NCBI GenBank assembly: GCA_048937405.1
Contig: JBHLNF010000001.1
Coordinates: 1 to 64,000, forward strand
Source: Promethearchaeota archaeon
GTDB taxonomy: Archaea > Asgardarchaeota > Lokiarchaeia > Sigyniarchaeales > SOKP01
Direction: 5' to 3'
Length of the DNA stretch: 64,000 nucleotides
A program made the position numbers and the translations under genes. Shown one piece after another: positions 31,400-40,800 of this stretch (within the stretch, counting starts at the first letter, position 1; the number at the start of each line of letters is the position of its first letter). The notes under the pieces are model-generated. The model saw only the letters and a program-made list of their open reading frames with translations. It was not told where the DNA came from and did not search any database.

Positions 31400-31885
31400 A
31401 TGAAAAAAGAGGAAAAAAATGGAAGATCTAATAAGAAAATTAAAGTTGAAAATAAAGAAGGATTAACGATTTTCTATAATAAAAAAGAATTAAATGAGTT
31501 TTTTCCTCATTTGACAAAGGAAGTTTTTGAAAAGAAGAAATCAATAAAAATGGAAGGAATTGATGAAGAGATTGAACAAGATGTAAAAGAAAATGATCAG
31601 ATCATTAATCAATCATATCCAAATGAACTATATAATCCTGGAGTTATTGATTTTATTCGAAGATGTACAACAAAAGAGGAAGCTATAGATATTTTAGAAT
31701 ATTTATTGAAAAGAAATGAAATTAACAATGAAGATTATAATAAATATAGAAATTATATATCTCAAGAAGATGGATTAAAGAAATTAATTAATGAGAGTGG
31801 AGGTTTGAAACGACCGGGATATTATATGAGGAAGTATTACAAAAAAATTTCTAATAATCAAAAATTAAATAAGAATAAAGATTAA
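31400..31885 (+). CDS. DUF2095-family archaeal protein
   Basis: FPHL, YNPGVIDFIRRC, EAIDILEYLLKRNEI, KRPGYY. Confidence 0.8.
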   Translation: MKKEEKNGRSNKKIKVENKEGLTIFYNKKELNEFFPHLTKEVFEKKKSIKMEGIDEEIEQDVKENDQIINQSYPNELYNPGVIDFIRRCTTKEEAIDILEYLLKRNEINNEDYNKYRNYISQEDGLKKLINESGGLKRPGYYMRKYYKKISNNQKLNKNKD

Positions 31886-31892
31886 ATTAGTT

Positions 31893-31967
31893 TGACAAAT
31901 GATGAACTTATGACAAAGTTAGCTACTTGCTCGGTAGCGATGATGTTGTCGCCCCAAACTGATGTCA
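31893..31967 (+). ncRNA. Box C/D sRNA (2'-O-methylation guide)
   Basis: Terminal stem TGACA/TGTCA, box C ATGATGA (31899), C' ATGATGT (31940), guide TGTCGCCCCAAA, box D CTGA (31959). Confidence 0.8.
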
Positions 31968-31981
31968 TCTATATCTTTAAA

Positions 31982-32227
31982 CTATTCTTCTAATCTTTTA
32001 CGGAAATTAATTCCTTTTTCTGTTAAATAATATTCATCATTATTCTTTTTAATAAGTCCTAAATCGGACAAAACGGGTATTCTTCCATTTATACAAGAGA
32101 TTGGTAAACCAGAGAATAATTTAATTGTTTCATAATTTCTTGCTCCATTACTTATCGCAACAAGTATTTCAATTCCCATATAACCTAAAAGATTTTTCAG
32201 ATCTTCTTGAGTTTCTTCTTCAGACAT
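31982..32227 (-). CDS. Small winged-helix protein
   Basis: EILVAISNG...LSDLGLI...YYLTEKG. Confidence 0.8.
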   Translation of the reverse strand: MSEEETQEDLKNLLGYMGIEILVAISNGARNYETIKLFSGLPISCINGRIPVLSDLGLIKKNNDEYYLTEKGINFRKRLEE

Positions 32228-32282
32228 TATGAATTTATTGATTAAAATCTACTTAAACAGATTGATTCTTTTTTTTTTTAAT

Positions 32283-33494
32283 TTATTTCTTTTTAGTATT
32301 TTTTATTTTCCTGATTTTTGAATTTTCCTTACCTTCTTTAATTTTAGTAAGATATTTATCTGCTACCACAGGTTCTGATTCTTTAGGTAACAATTTTCTC
32401 ATCCATTCTGGAAAAGCAGTTGTAATTTGTAAATTTGTCTTTAGGACTATATAGGTTTCCTCATTATAATTTAATTCTTCAATTACATCATACTTTTTTA
32501 AAAATTCAATATTTTCCATAAGTGAATCCAGAGATTTTTTAGATACTAATTTTGGTAATTTATCTTTTGAGATTAACCCATTTCTTAATTCTGAAAGAAC
32601 ATTGTACTTCTTTGGATCAGCCATTATCTGATATAAAGTAAAAGCATCTTCCTTTATTTCTTCCTTAGATTTCTTTTCATATTCACTAAAATATTCTTGC
32701 ACTTTAGGAAGTAGTAATTCAATTAATTCTGGTTTATCATCAATATATTCAATAACACTATCTGGTGGTATTCTCTCAGCATTTACTTCTTTTACTAAAA
32801 GTACGTATTTTTCCACTAAACCTATTTGATTAATAAAAATAAATTGACGCTCATCTAAAATTTCAATAATTTCATTAAAGTCTTTTTCAGAAAACTTTTC
32901 AATAAACCACTCTCTTAACCATTCTAAAGGAATAGGGCCTTTTGATAATTTTTCTAAGGTTGTAAAAATATGTTTATCTTTTAATAAAGATCCAATTTTT
33001 TCTTCTTCTGTTTTTTCTCTTGTATATTCGATGATATTCCAATATAAATTATTTACCCATAATTTTATTAAAGATTCATTTTTAACAATATTCTCTTGAT
33101 CTTCTTCATTAAAATTATTTATATCATTTATATAGAATGCTGTAAATATCTCTTCATTTGATTGCAGCTGTTCTGAAAATTCACTGCATAAAATTGAGAT
33201 TTTTTCTTCAATCTCAATAGTTATTTGCTGATCCAAAATTATTGAAACCATCAGCATTTCTTTGTTTCCTCTAGCCCAATCTGAATGAATTTCAAAATAA
33301 TAATTCATTGATTTTATATTTTCAAAGGAATGGATAAAAAAACCTTCATTAAATTGTTGATCCATAATATTAGCAATTTTTAAAGAAAAATCTTTTTCCA
33401 ATATATTTTTTGGATAAGAATAAAACACTAATGGTCCAATTTTGCGATGAAAATATGACAAGGCGACGATAGTTTTCAAATAATGAATCTCCAT
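32283..33494 (-). CDS. Longin/uDENN-like N-terminal domain protein with winged-helix-like C-terminus
   Basis: VALSYFHRKIGPLVFYSYP resembles the FxxxxGP start of NPRL2/DENN longin domains. Confidence 0.6.
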   Translation of the reverse strand: MEIHYLKTIVALSYFHRKIGPLVFYSYPKNILEKDFSLKIANIMDQQFNEGFFIHSFENIKSMNYYFEIHSDWARGNKEMLMVSIILDQQITIEIEEKISILCSEFSEQLQSNEEIFTAFYINDINNFNEEDQENIVKNESLIKLWVNNLYWNIIEYTREKTEEEKIGSLLKDKHIFTTLEKLSKGPIPLEWLREWFIEKFSEKDFNEIIEILDERQFIFINQIGLVEKYVLLVKEVNAERIPPDSVIEYIDDKPELIELLLPKVQEYFSEYEKKSKEEIKEDAFTLYQIMADPKKYNVLSELRNGLISKDKLPKLVSKKSLDSLMENIEFLKKYDVIEELNYNEETYIVLKTNLQITTAFPEWMRKLLPKESEPVVADKYLTKIKEGKENSKIRKIKNTKKK

Positions 33495-33686
33495 TACAGC
33501 TTATTTATTAGATAGCGAGAACAGCTTTTTTTTCTGTTTTACCTAAAATAAATTAATATTGAAGATTATATATTATTAAAGATAAATAAATTTATCTTAA
33601 CTTAACCTCTAATATCTTAGGATAATTAATATAAGCGATCAACTTTAATTAATTTAATAAGTTTAAGATAAAATTGAAATCGGAAA

Positions 33687-34436
33687 ATGAGTCCTATAAA
33701 ATTAGTTGGATTTGATTTAGATGATTGTCTCTTTGACTCAACTGGATTATCTGAAAGGGCTAGAATTAAAGGACTTGATGCAATGATTAATTTAGGTTTG
33801 AAAATAGATAAACAGAAAGCCCAAAAAATATTGCAAGAAGTTGTAAATGAATATGGATCAAATTCTTCGAAACATTACAATCATTTTCTTCGAAGATTGA
33901 ATCAGATGGATAAAAAAATAGAATATATATCATATTATGATCGATATAAATATATTGCCGCGGCTGTTATGGCATATCACGAAGAAAAAGTGAATTCAAT
34001 AAAATTATATGATGATGTTGAAAAGTGTTTAAAAAAATTGCAGAACTTATCGATAAAAACAGCAATTATAACAGATGGGATACCAATAAAACAATATGAA
34101 AAGATTTTAAGATTAAATATTGATCATTTAATTGATTTAGTGGTCATTTCAGATGAAATTGGTATTAGAAAACCTAATCCAGAATTATTTAATTATTGTT
34201 TAAAAAAATTTGGTGTAAAAGGTCAAGAAACAATATACGTGGGAGATCGTATTGATAAAGATATAATTCCTGCTAATTTAAACAATATTTTAAGTATATA
34301 TCTTCATAGAGGAGGAAAATATGATAATTATAAAACAAATCTCAAAATCCAAAAGGATTTTAAACCTGATTATGAGATCTCTAATTTAAACGAATTATTC
34401 CCTATAATTGATGAAATAAATAATAAAAAATTATAA
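33687..34436 (+). CDS. HAD-superfamily hydrolase
   Basis: FDLDDCL, ITDG, RKPNP, YVGDRIDKDI. Confidence 0.92.
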   Translation: MSPIKLVGFDLDDCLFDSTGLSERARIKGLDAMINLGLKIDKQKAQKILQEVVNEYGSNSSKHYNHFLRRLNQMDKKIEYISYYDRYKYIAAAVMAYHEEKVNSIKLYDDVEKCLKKLQNLSIKTAIITDGIPIKQYEKILRLNIDHLIDLVVISDEIGIRKPNPELFNYCLKKFGVKGQETIYVGDRIDKDIIPANLNNILSIYLHRGGKYDNYKTNLKIQKDFKPDYEISNLNELFPIIDEINNKKL

Positions 34437-34449
34437 ATTAATATATATA

Positions 34450-35268
34450 ATGAAAGTAGCGTGTATTCAACCCAAAATTTATCAAGAAAGAAATAGGTGT
34501 TATCTTGAAATTGAAAATATTTTAAAAACCTTATTAGAAAAGCATAATAAATGTGATATAATGTGCTTACCAGAAAGGTGGGTTCCCTATGCTAACAACT
34601 ATTCAAAAAATTTACAAGAACAAAGAGGAAATGATTATATTGCAATTAAAAAATTAGCTATTGAATATAATGTAAAATTTTTAACAGGAGCAATTTGGGA
34701 AAAAAGAATTAATTCAAAAAAACCAGTAATAACATGCTATTTTTTTGATGAATATGGTGAAGAAATTGGATATCAAGATAAAATTCACCTCTATGCTTAT
34801 GAACGCGAAAATTTTGAGGCTGGAAAAGAATTAAAGCTATTCAGATTTAACAAATCCTATTTGTTTGCAATTCTAATATGCTTTGACATGGCTTTTTTTG
34901 AAACACCAAGATTAGCAATTGAAAATGGAGCAGATATTCTATTTTCACCTACCCAAATAAGAGAAGATGGAATGGAAAATTGGTATGTTTACTTAAAAGC
35001 ACGAGCTCTTGAAAATCGAGTTCCTATTGTAGCATGCAATACTTTTGGTAATTACTTAAATAGAAAATTTATTGGTAATAGCAAAATAATTTCTTTTATT
35101 AAAGGAAATATATCTCCATCTAAATTGAAAATTGTAGAAGGACCAAAAAATTCAAGTGGATTTATTTTTGATGAAATTGATTTAGATTTTCCAAAAAAAA
35201 TAAGAAAAATTCGACTTGATGAGAAAATTGAAAAGGAAAAAATAAAAATTAAAATAATTAAAGAATAA
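34450..35268 (+). CDS. Carbon-nitrogen hydrolase (nitrilase superfamily)
   Basis: LPE, KIHL, ICFD catalytic triad; ARALEN. Confidence 0.92.
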   Translation: MKVACIQPKIYQERNRCYLEIENILKTLLEKHNKCDIMCLPERWVPYANNYSKNLQEQRGNDYIAIKKLAIEYNVKFLTGAIWEKRINSKKPVITCYFFDEYGEEIGYQDKIHLYAYERENFEAGKELKLFRFNKSYLFAILICFDMAFFETPRLAIENGADILFSPTQIREDGMENWYVYLKARALENRVPIVACNTFGNYLNRKFIGNSKIISFIKGNISPSKLKIVEGPKNSSGFIFDEIDLDFPKKIRKIRLDEKIEKEKIKIKIIKE

Positions 35269-35284
35269 AATCCTATAAATTCAA

Positions 35285-36241
35285 ATGAGTAATATAAAAG
35301 ACCTTAAGAAAATTCTTTTCTGTGGATTAGAAAGTGGAGGAAAAACATCAATTTTACTACTGTTAGACAAAAAATTTAGTCTACTATCAACTGTTAAACC
35401 AACAATTAAAGTAAAAAGAACACTTCATACTTCAGATCTTCTTGGTGCAAGTATAGTGCGTTGGGACTTAGGTGGTCAGAAAAGTTATAGAAAAATATAT
35501 TTGGGAAACAAGTCCAAATATTTTACCGAAATGCAATCAATATTTTATGTAATTGATGTTCAAACTCCCAAAAAATTTGAAGAAGCTTTAATATTTCTTA
35601 AAGATATTATAACTATCACTTCAGAATCACATTTGGATAATTTTCAACTCATAATATTACTCCACAAGTATGATCCAGATATCAGAAAAAATGATGATAT
35701 AAATCACCAAATAAAAAAATTGGAAAATGAAATTGCCTCAATTATTAAGGAGGTTCCTTTTGTAATTTTTAGGACTTCAATTTATGATGAACCAAGTTTG
35801 TTAAAAGCATTTTCACAGGGTGCTTATTATGCAACTCATAAATCCAAAATGTTTCAAACACTATTGAAAGATTATATGGGAAAAACTTACAACAGTTCAG
35901 CACTCTTATTAGACCAAAATGGCTTTATTGTTGCAAGTAGGAGCACAGAAAAATCATATCAAAGAATCTGTGAGGCGATTGCCCCACGATTAGCTCAAGC
36001 ATTAGAAAAATTAGAAGAATGGGATATCAATACAATAGATATAGTAACAAATGTAGAATTTCCAGAACAACAATCTGGATTTCAGAAGGAGGCGATTATC
36101 TTCTTACGAAAATTAGACATTGATGATATAAGACTATATTTAGTAGCTCTCTGTTTGAATAAGAAAGTGAAAACCAAATCATATGAATATTTGCCTTTAC
36201 TAGCAGATAATTTGAAAACATTATTGGAGAGTTTCGATTAA
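35285..36241 (+). CDS. Rag-like (Arf/Gtr-related) small GTPase with C-terminal roadblock domain
   Basis: G1 GLESGGKTS, G3 WDLGGQ, G4 HKYD, G5 TSIY; C-terminal ALLLDQNGFIVA. Confidence 0.85.
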   Translation: MSNIKDLKKILFCGLESGGKTSILLLLDKKFSLLSTVKPTIKVKRTLHTSDLLGASIVRWDLGGQKSYRKIYLGNKSKYFTEMQSIFYVIDVQTPKKFEEALIFLKDIITITSESHLDNFQLIILLHKYDPDIRKNDDINHQIKKLENEIASIIKEVPFVIFRTSIYDEPSLLKAFSQGAYYATHKSKMFQTLLKDYMGKTYNSSALLLDQNGFIVASRSTEKSYQRICEAIAPRLAQALEKLEEWDINTIDIVTNVEFPEQQSGFQKEAIIFLRKLDIDDIRLYLVALCLNKKVKTKSYEYLPLLADNLKTLLESFD

Positions 36242-36457
36242 ATCTCATTTCTAACGTCTTCTTCCTTTCTAATTTTTTGAATAGCCATTTAAAGGCATTT
36301 CAATTATAGTTTATAAGAGGATCCTTCTACTCATTAGAGTTGATTTCTCTTCCATGCTAATTCTCTTTTTTAAAATTCATTTTTACTTTTAGTTACCTCC
36401 CTCAGGGTGGGGTTTAAATATCTATATCTAAAATCAATTTAAATATAGGTTAAAATT

Positions 36458-37648
36458 ATGATAGCAAATACTAATATAAATAATAATTATATCGGACCAA
36501 AAGCTTTATTTGATCCAAATTATATCCCACCATCCTTATTATATAGAAAAAAAGAAGAGAATTCATTATATTCAATTTTAGAGGATTCTATATCTGATGA
36601 GTATCCCCTCAATATATTATATCAGGGTATTAGTGGAATAGGAAAGAAAGTAATAGTGAATAAAGTCTTAAATGATCTTCTGATTGAAAACAAAGAATTC
36701 ATTCAAATAAATACAGTGTTTGTTGATTGTAAGGAAAAAAAAATTGAAGAATTAATTTTTTCATTACTAAGTGAAATAAATATCTTTTCAGATTTTAACA
36801 TCGATTTTCGATCAATCTTAAAATCAAATATCGCCCAATTATGGAATACATTTAAATTTATATGTGATAAAGTAGATTCTCGTTTATTTCTTATTTTTAA
36901 TAATATTGAATATCTAGCACCTGGGGTATTTAACAAATTCTTGCAATTCAGTAGAGAGACAAATATTACTTTGATCTCCACAGCAAATAAAATAATTAAA
37001 CCAGCGACAATAGATTTAATTTCTGAATTTGATTTTAAAAATAAACTAAACTTTTTTACATATCATGAGCTTTATGCTATTCTTAAACAAAGAGCTTCAT
37101 TATGCTTTTCTCATGAAATTGATAAAGATATTTTAAGATATATTACAGATTTAATTTGTGAGCAATATGTACCTGTTCCAGGAAAAGGAATTGAAATACT
37201 CCGTGATTTATATCCCATTTTAAGAAATAAAAACAATCACAATAAAATTGATTTATTAGAAATCTGTCAAGATAATTTTGAGAATTTTCAAATATCTGAT
37301 GAATTTAGTATGCTGAATTATCTTTCCGAAGAAGATATACTAAGTGTTATATTTTTAGATAACCTTTCAAACTACTTTATGAGTAAAACGAATTATTACA
37401 TCTCTTTCAAAGAATTGCAAGAATTATTTGAAATTACTTGTGAAACTTTGGAATATGAAAAAGATTATTATGAATTAGTCAAACTAAAAGAACAACTTAT
37501 AAATTTTGGAATAATTAAACCATCAAAAAGAACATATCAACATTCTAACACTTGCAATAACTATTCCACTTTAAAACATGATTTATTCTTCATATTAATA
37601 AATCCTAAACAAATTAAACTTATAATTGACACAATTTTCAATCAATGA
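36458..37648 (+). CDS. Divergent Cdc6/Orc1-family AAA+ protein
   Basis: LFDPNYIPPSLLYRKKE N-terminal motif; Walker A GISGIGKK; Walker B FLIFNN; ELYAILKQRA. Confidence 0.8.
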   Translation: MIANTNINNNYIGPKALFDPNYIPPSLLYRKKEENSLYSILEDSISDEYPLNILYQGISGIGKKVIVNKVLNDLLIENKEFIQINTVFVDCKEKKIEELIFSLLSEINIFSDFNIDFRSILKSNIAQLWNTFKFICDKVDSRLFLIFNNIEYLAPGVFNKFLQFSRETNITLISTANKIIKPATIDLISEFDFKNKLNFFTYHELYAILKQRASLCFSHEIDKDILRYITDLICEQYVPVPGKGIEILRDLYPILRNKNNHNKIDLLEICQDNFENFQISDEFSMLNYLSEEDILSVIFLDNLSNYFMSKTNYYISFKELQELFEITCETLEYEKDYYELVKLKEQLINFGIIKPSKRTYQHSNTCNNYSTLKHDLFFILINPKQIKLIIDTIFNQ

Positions 37649-37822
37649 TTCAAAATTTTATATTTAACCTGATTATTTACTAAACTCAATAGAAAAAGCT
37701 AATCATAAACCATTTCGAAAATAGGAAAATGTAAAACAGATTTTTTTAGTAAGGTATATTATATATTTATAGGTATATTTACACTATTTTTTAATAACAA
37801 AGAGTAGAAATGGAGATAAATT

Positions 37823-40800
37823 TTGACATATATCAAGAAAATCTCAATGAGTGGTTTTAAGAGTTTTGGAGATAGAACAGTAACAATTCGACTTTCAAGT
37901 GGATTTACATGTATTGTTGGACCTAATGGTGCCGGAAAATCAAATATTATTGATGCACTTTGTTTTTCTCTTGGAAGAATGAGTAAAAAAACAATGAGAG
38001 CTAAGAGTTTAGAAGACCTGATCTTTGCGGGATCACGAGGAAAGAATCCTTCTCAAAGAGCCTCTGTTACCTTATATTTCGATAATTCAGATAACGTTTT
38101 TCCTGGTGGTCCTGAGGATTTTGAAATTACACGTATAATCAAGAGAGGTGGAGGTGGGGGGTATAAAATGAATGGAAAAAAAACTACTCGTCAACAAATT
38201 TTAAATGCTTTAGCAGCAGCTAATGTCGATCCAGATGGTAGTAATCAATTTGTCCTTCAAGGGAAAATTGTGGAGCTAACACATATGAATGCGGAAGATC
38301 GAAGGAAATTTATTGAAGAGTTAATTGGTCTTCAAAAATATGACGAAATGAAAGACGCTACATTAAAGGAATTAGAAAAAGCTGAAAGAGATTTAGGACA
38401 ATTCGAAGCAATTTTTAAAGAAGTCTCTGCTCAATTAAAGAAGGTAGAAAAAGAGAAAAATGATGCTTTAGCGTGGAAAGAAATTGATCAACAGATAAAT
38501 CTTTTAAACTCTCAACTGATTGCTTTGAAGATTTCAAAATTAAGAAAAGAAGAAGATGAATTGGAAGGAAAGATCGAAAATTCCTTAAAAATTATTGAAG
38601 AATTGCAAGAAAAAATAAACCGGCAAGAAGATATTTTAAAGCAAGAATCTCTTGTTATGGATAACATTCAAAAAACTATTTCAGATAAAGAAAAAGAAAG
38701 AGAGGAGATAACCGAAAAAATCACTCAAGTTAAAACAGAAATTTCCTCCAGTCAAACTACGTTAAATTTGGCAAAAAAATCAATTGATAAATTGACTCAA
38801 GAAATTGAAAACTTAGAAAGTCAACAAATGGAACTTGAGGAGGGACAAACTTTTGATTCATTGATAGAAACTGTGTCAAAAGAAATTTTAGAATATGAAA
38901 CTCACATAGAGGATGCTAAAAATGAAATTGAAAAAAGACAGCAAAATCAAGCTGAATTAGATGTCAAAATAAAAACTAGTGAAGATGAAAAATCCCTTTC
39001 CAATAAAGAAATTTCAAAGATACAACAAAGTATTTCATCTAATAACGCTCAAATTAAGATGCTTAGAGGAAATATTAAAAAAAATGAAGAAAAGAAGGAA
39101 AAATTAGAAAATGAATTACAACGGTTAAAAAAAGACGCGGAAAGTATTGATGAAGCCATTGAAGCAACGAAAAAAACAGAGTCAGAAATTAGAAAACGAA
39201 TAAACGACTTAAACACCAAGATTTCCAAAGAAAATCAAAACCAAAAAGATTTAGAAACTGAGATAAGCAATATTCAAACAGAAAAAAATCAATTGAATTC
39301 TAAATTAACAGATTTTCAAGCTTCTTTATCATCTCTGAACACCGAAATAAAAATGAATCAGGAGAATATACAAGAATTAAATGAAAAGAAAATTTCTACT
39401 GAGAAAAAAATCGCAGATTTAAGTAAAGGGAGAGATGCTGAGAAAGCGGTCAAAGAATTACTAAAAGAAAATGATACTATCAATAAAGAATTAAGTGAAT
39501 TAAAGGCTGTCTTTAAGCAAGAAAATTCAATTTTTAGGAAAAATGAGCAAGAATTAGAATTAGCAAAAATGAAGAGTCATTCCTATGAATCAGAAACTAA
39601 TGATAATAAATCAAAAATAGACAATATGAATACAGAATTAAAAATCTTCTCAAAAGAATTAACAAAATTAGAGCGAGAGAAGAATAATTTAGAATTACAA
39701 GTTGATTCCTTAAACGAAAATCTCACGTCTATTACCGGTGAATCGGAAAAATTACAAACCAAAAAAGAGAATGTTCAAAGACGTTTAGAAGAACTTTCAA
39801 AAGAAAGAGATAATTTTGTAAAAAAAATTGAGTCATCGGAAGAAGAATATGAAAAAAATACAAAAGATATCACTGGAATTCTACAAATTTTAAATATGCT
39901 TACTCAAAATATTAATATCTCAGTTGAATCGATTAAAAGTAATATACAGCAATCAAATGCAGAAGCTATCGAATCATCTGCGGAAGATTTTAAAAAATTC
40001 ATTCTCGATATTTTTGATATTATGAAAACTGTAGAAGATATTGGTAATGGCCAAGAAAGATCCACTGAAATGACAGATATGCTTAATTCTATCATGCAAA
40101 CTTTGAAATTGTTTACAGATAATGCTGATAGTACAATTAGTCAATTAATTGATAAAGTAAAAGAGTCTGCAGATGTAGAAATACAAACCTCAACATCTAC
40201 ATTTGATAGTTTTGTTCAAGATTTAATGGAAATCTTAGAAAATGTCTATTTATCATTAAGAAAACTTACTATGTCAAAAAGTCAAGAACTATACAAACAA
40301 TTGGAAGAACTCTCAGAAACTATTAATTCACAAACAGATGATTTCAATAAAATTGAAAAACAATTATCTGAAAGTAATATTCAAAAAAACCATTATTCCG
40401 AAAATCTTTCTGCCTATAATAAAAGACTCGAAGAAATTAATAAAAGAACTAACCAGTTAAATGAAAGAATTAAAAAAGCGAAAGAAGAAATTCATGAAAG
40501 AGAAGAAACTATCAGCAATAGACAACAGGAAATCAATAAATTAGATAGTGAAATTACCAAATTAAAGGAACTTAAAGATACTTATTGGGATAGAATTTCT
40601 AAGATCCAAGATGATATTGATAACAAACAAAAAGAACAGGAAATTTTGAGGGGTAAACTACAGGAATTACACGGGATTCAAAATTTATTTGACAATATCA
40701 CAGAAATTGATGAAAATGTTGAAAAATTGAATAACCTTATAACGGAAAAGAAGACTTTAATTTTAAATACTGAAGAAACCATTAAAACCATACAAGATGA

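Noticed and set aside
36242-36457. Replication origin (ORB) upstream of the Cdc6-like gene
   Set aside because: Only a short G-rich patch (ccctcagggtgggg); no TCCA-GTGGAAAC-type or repeated ORB motif
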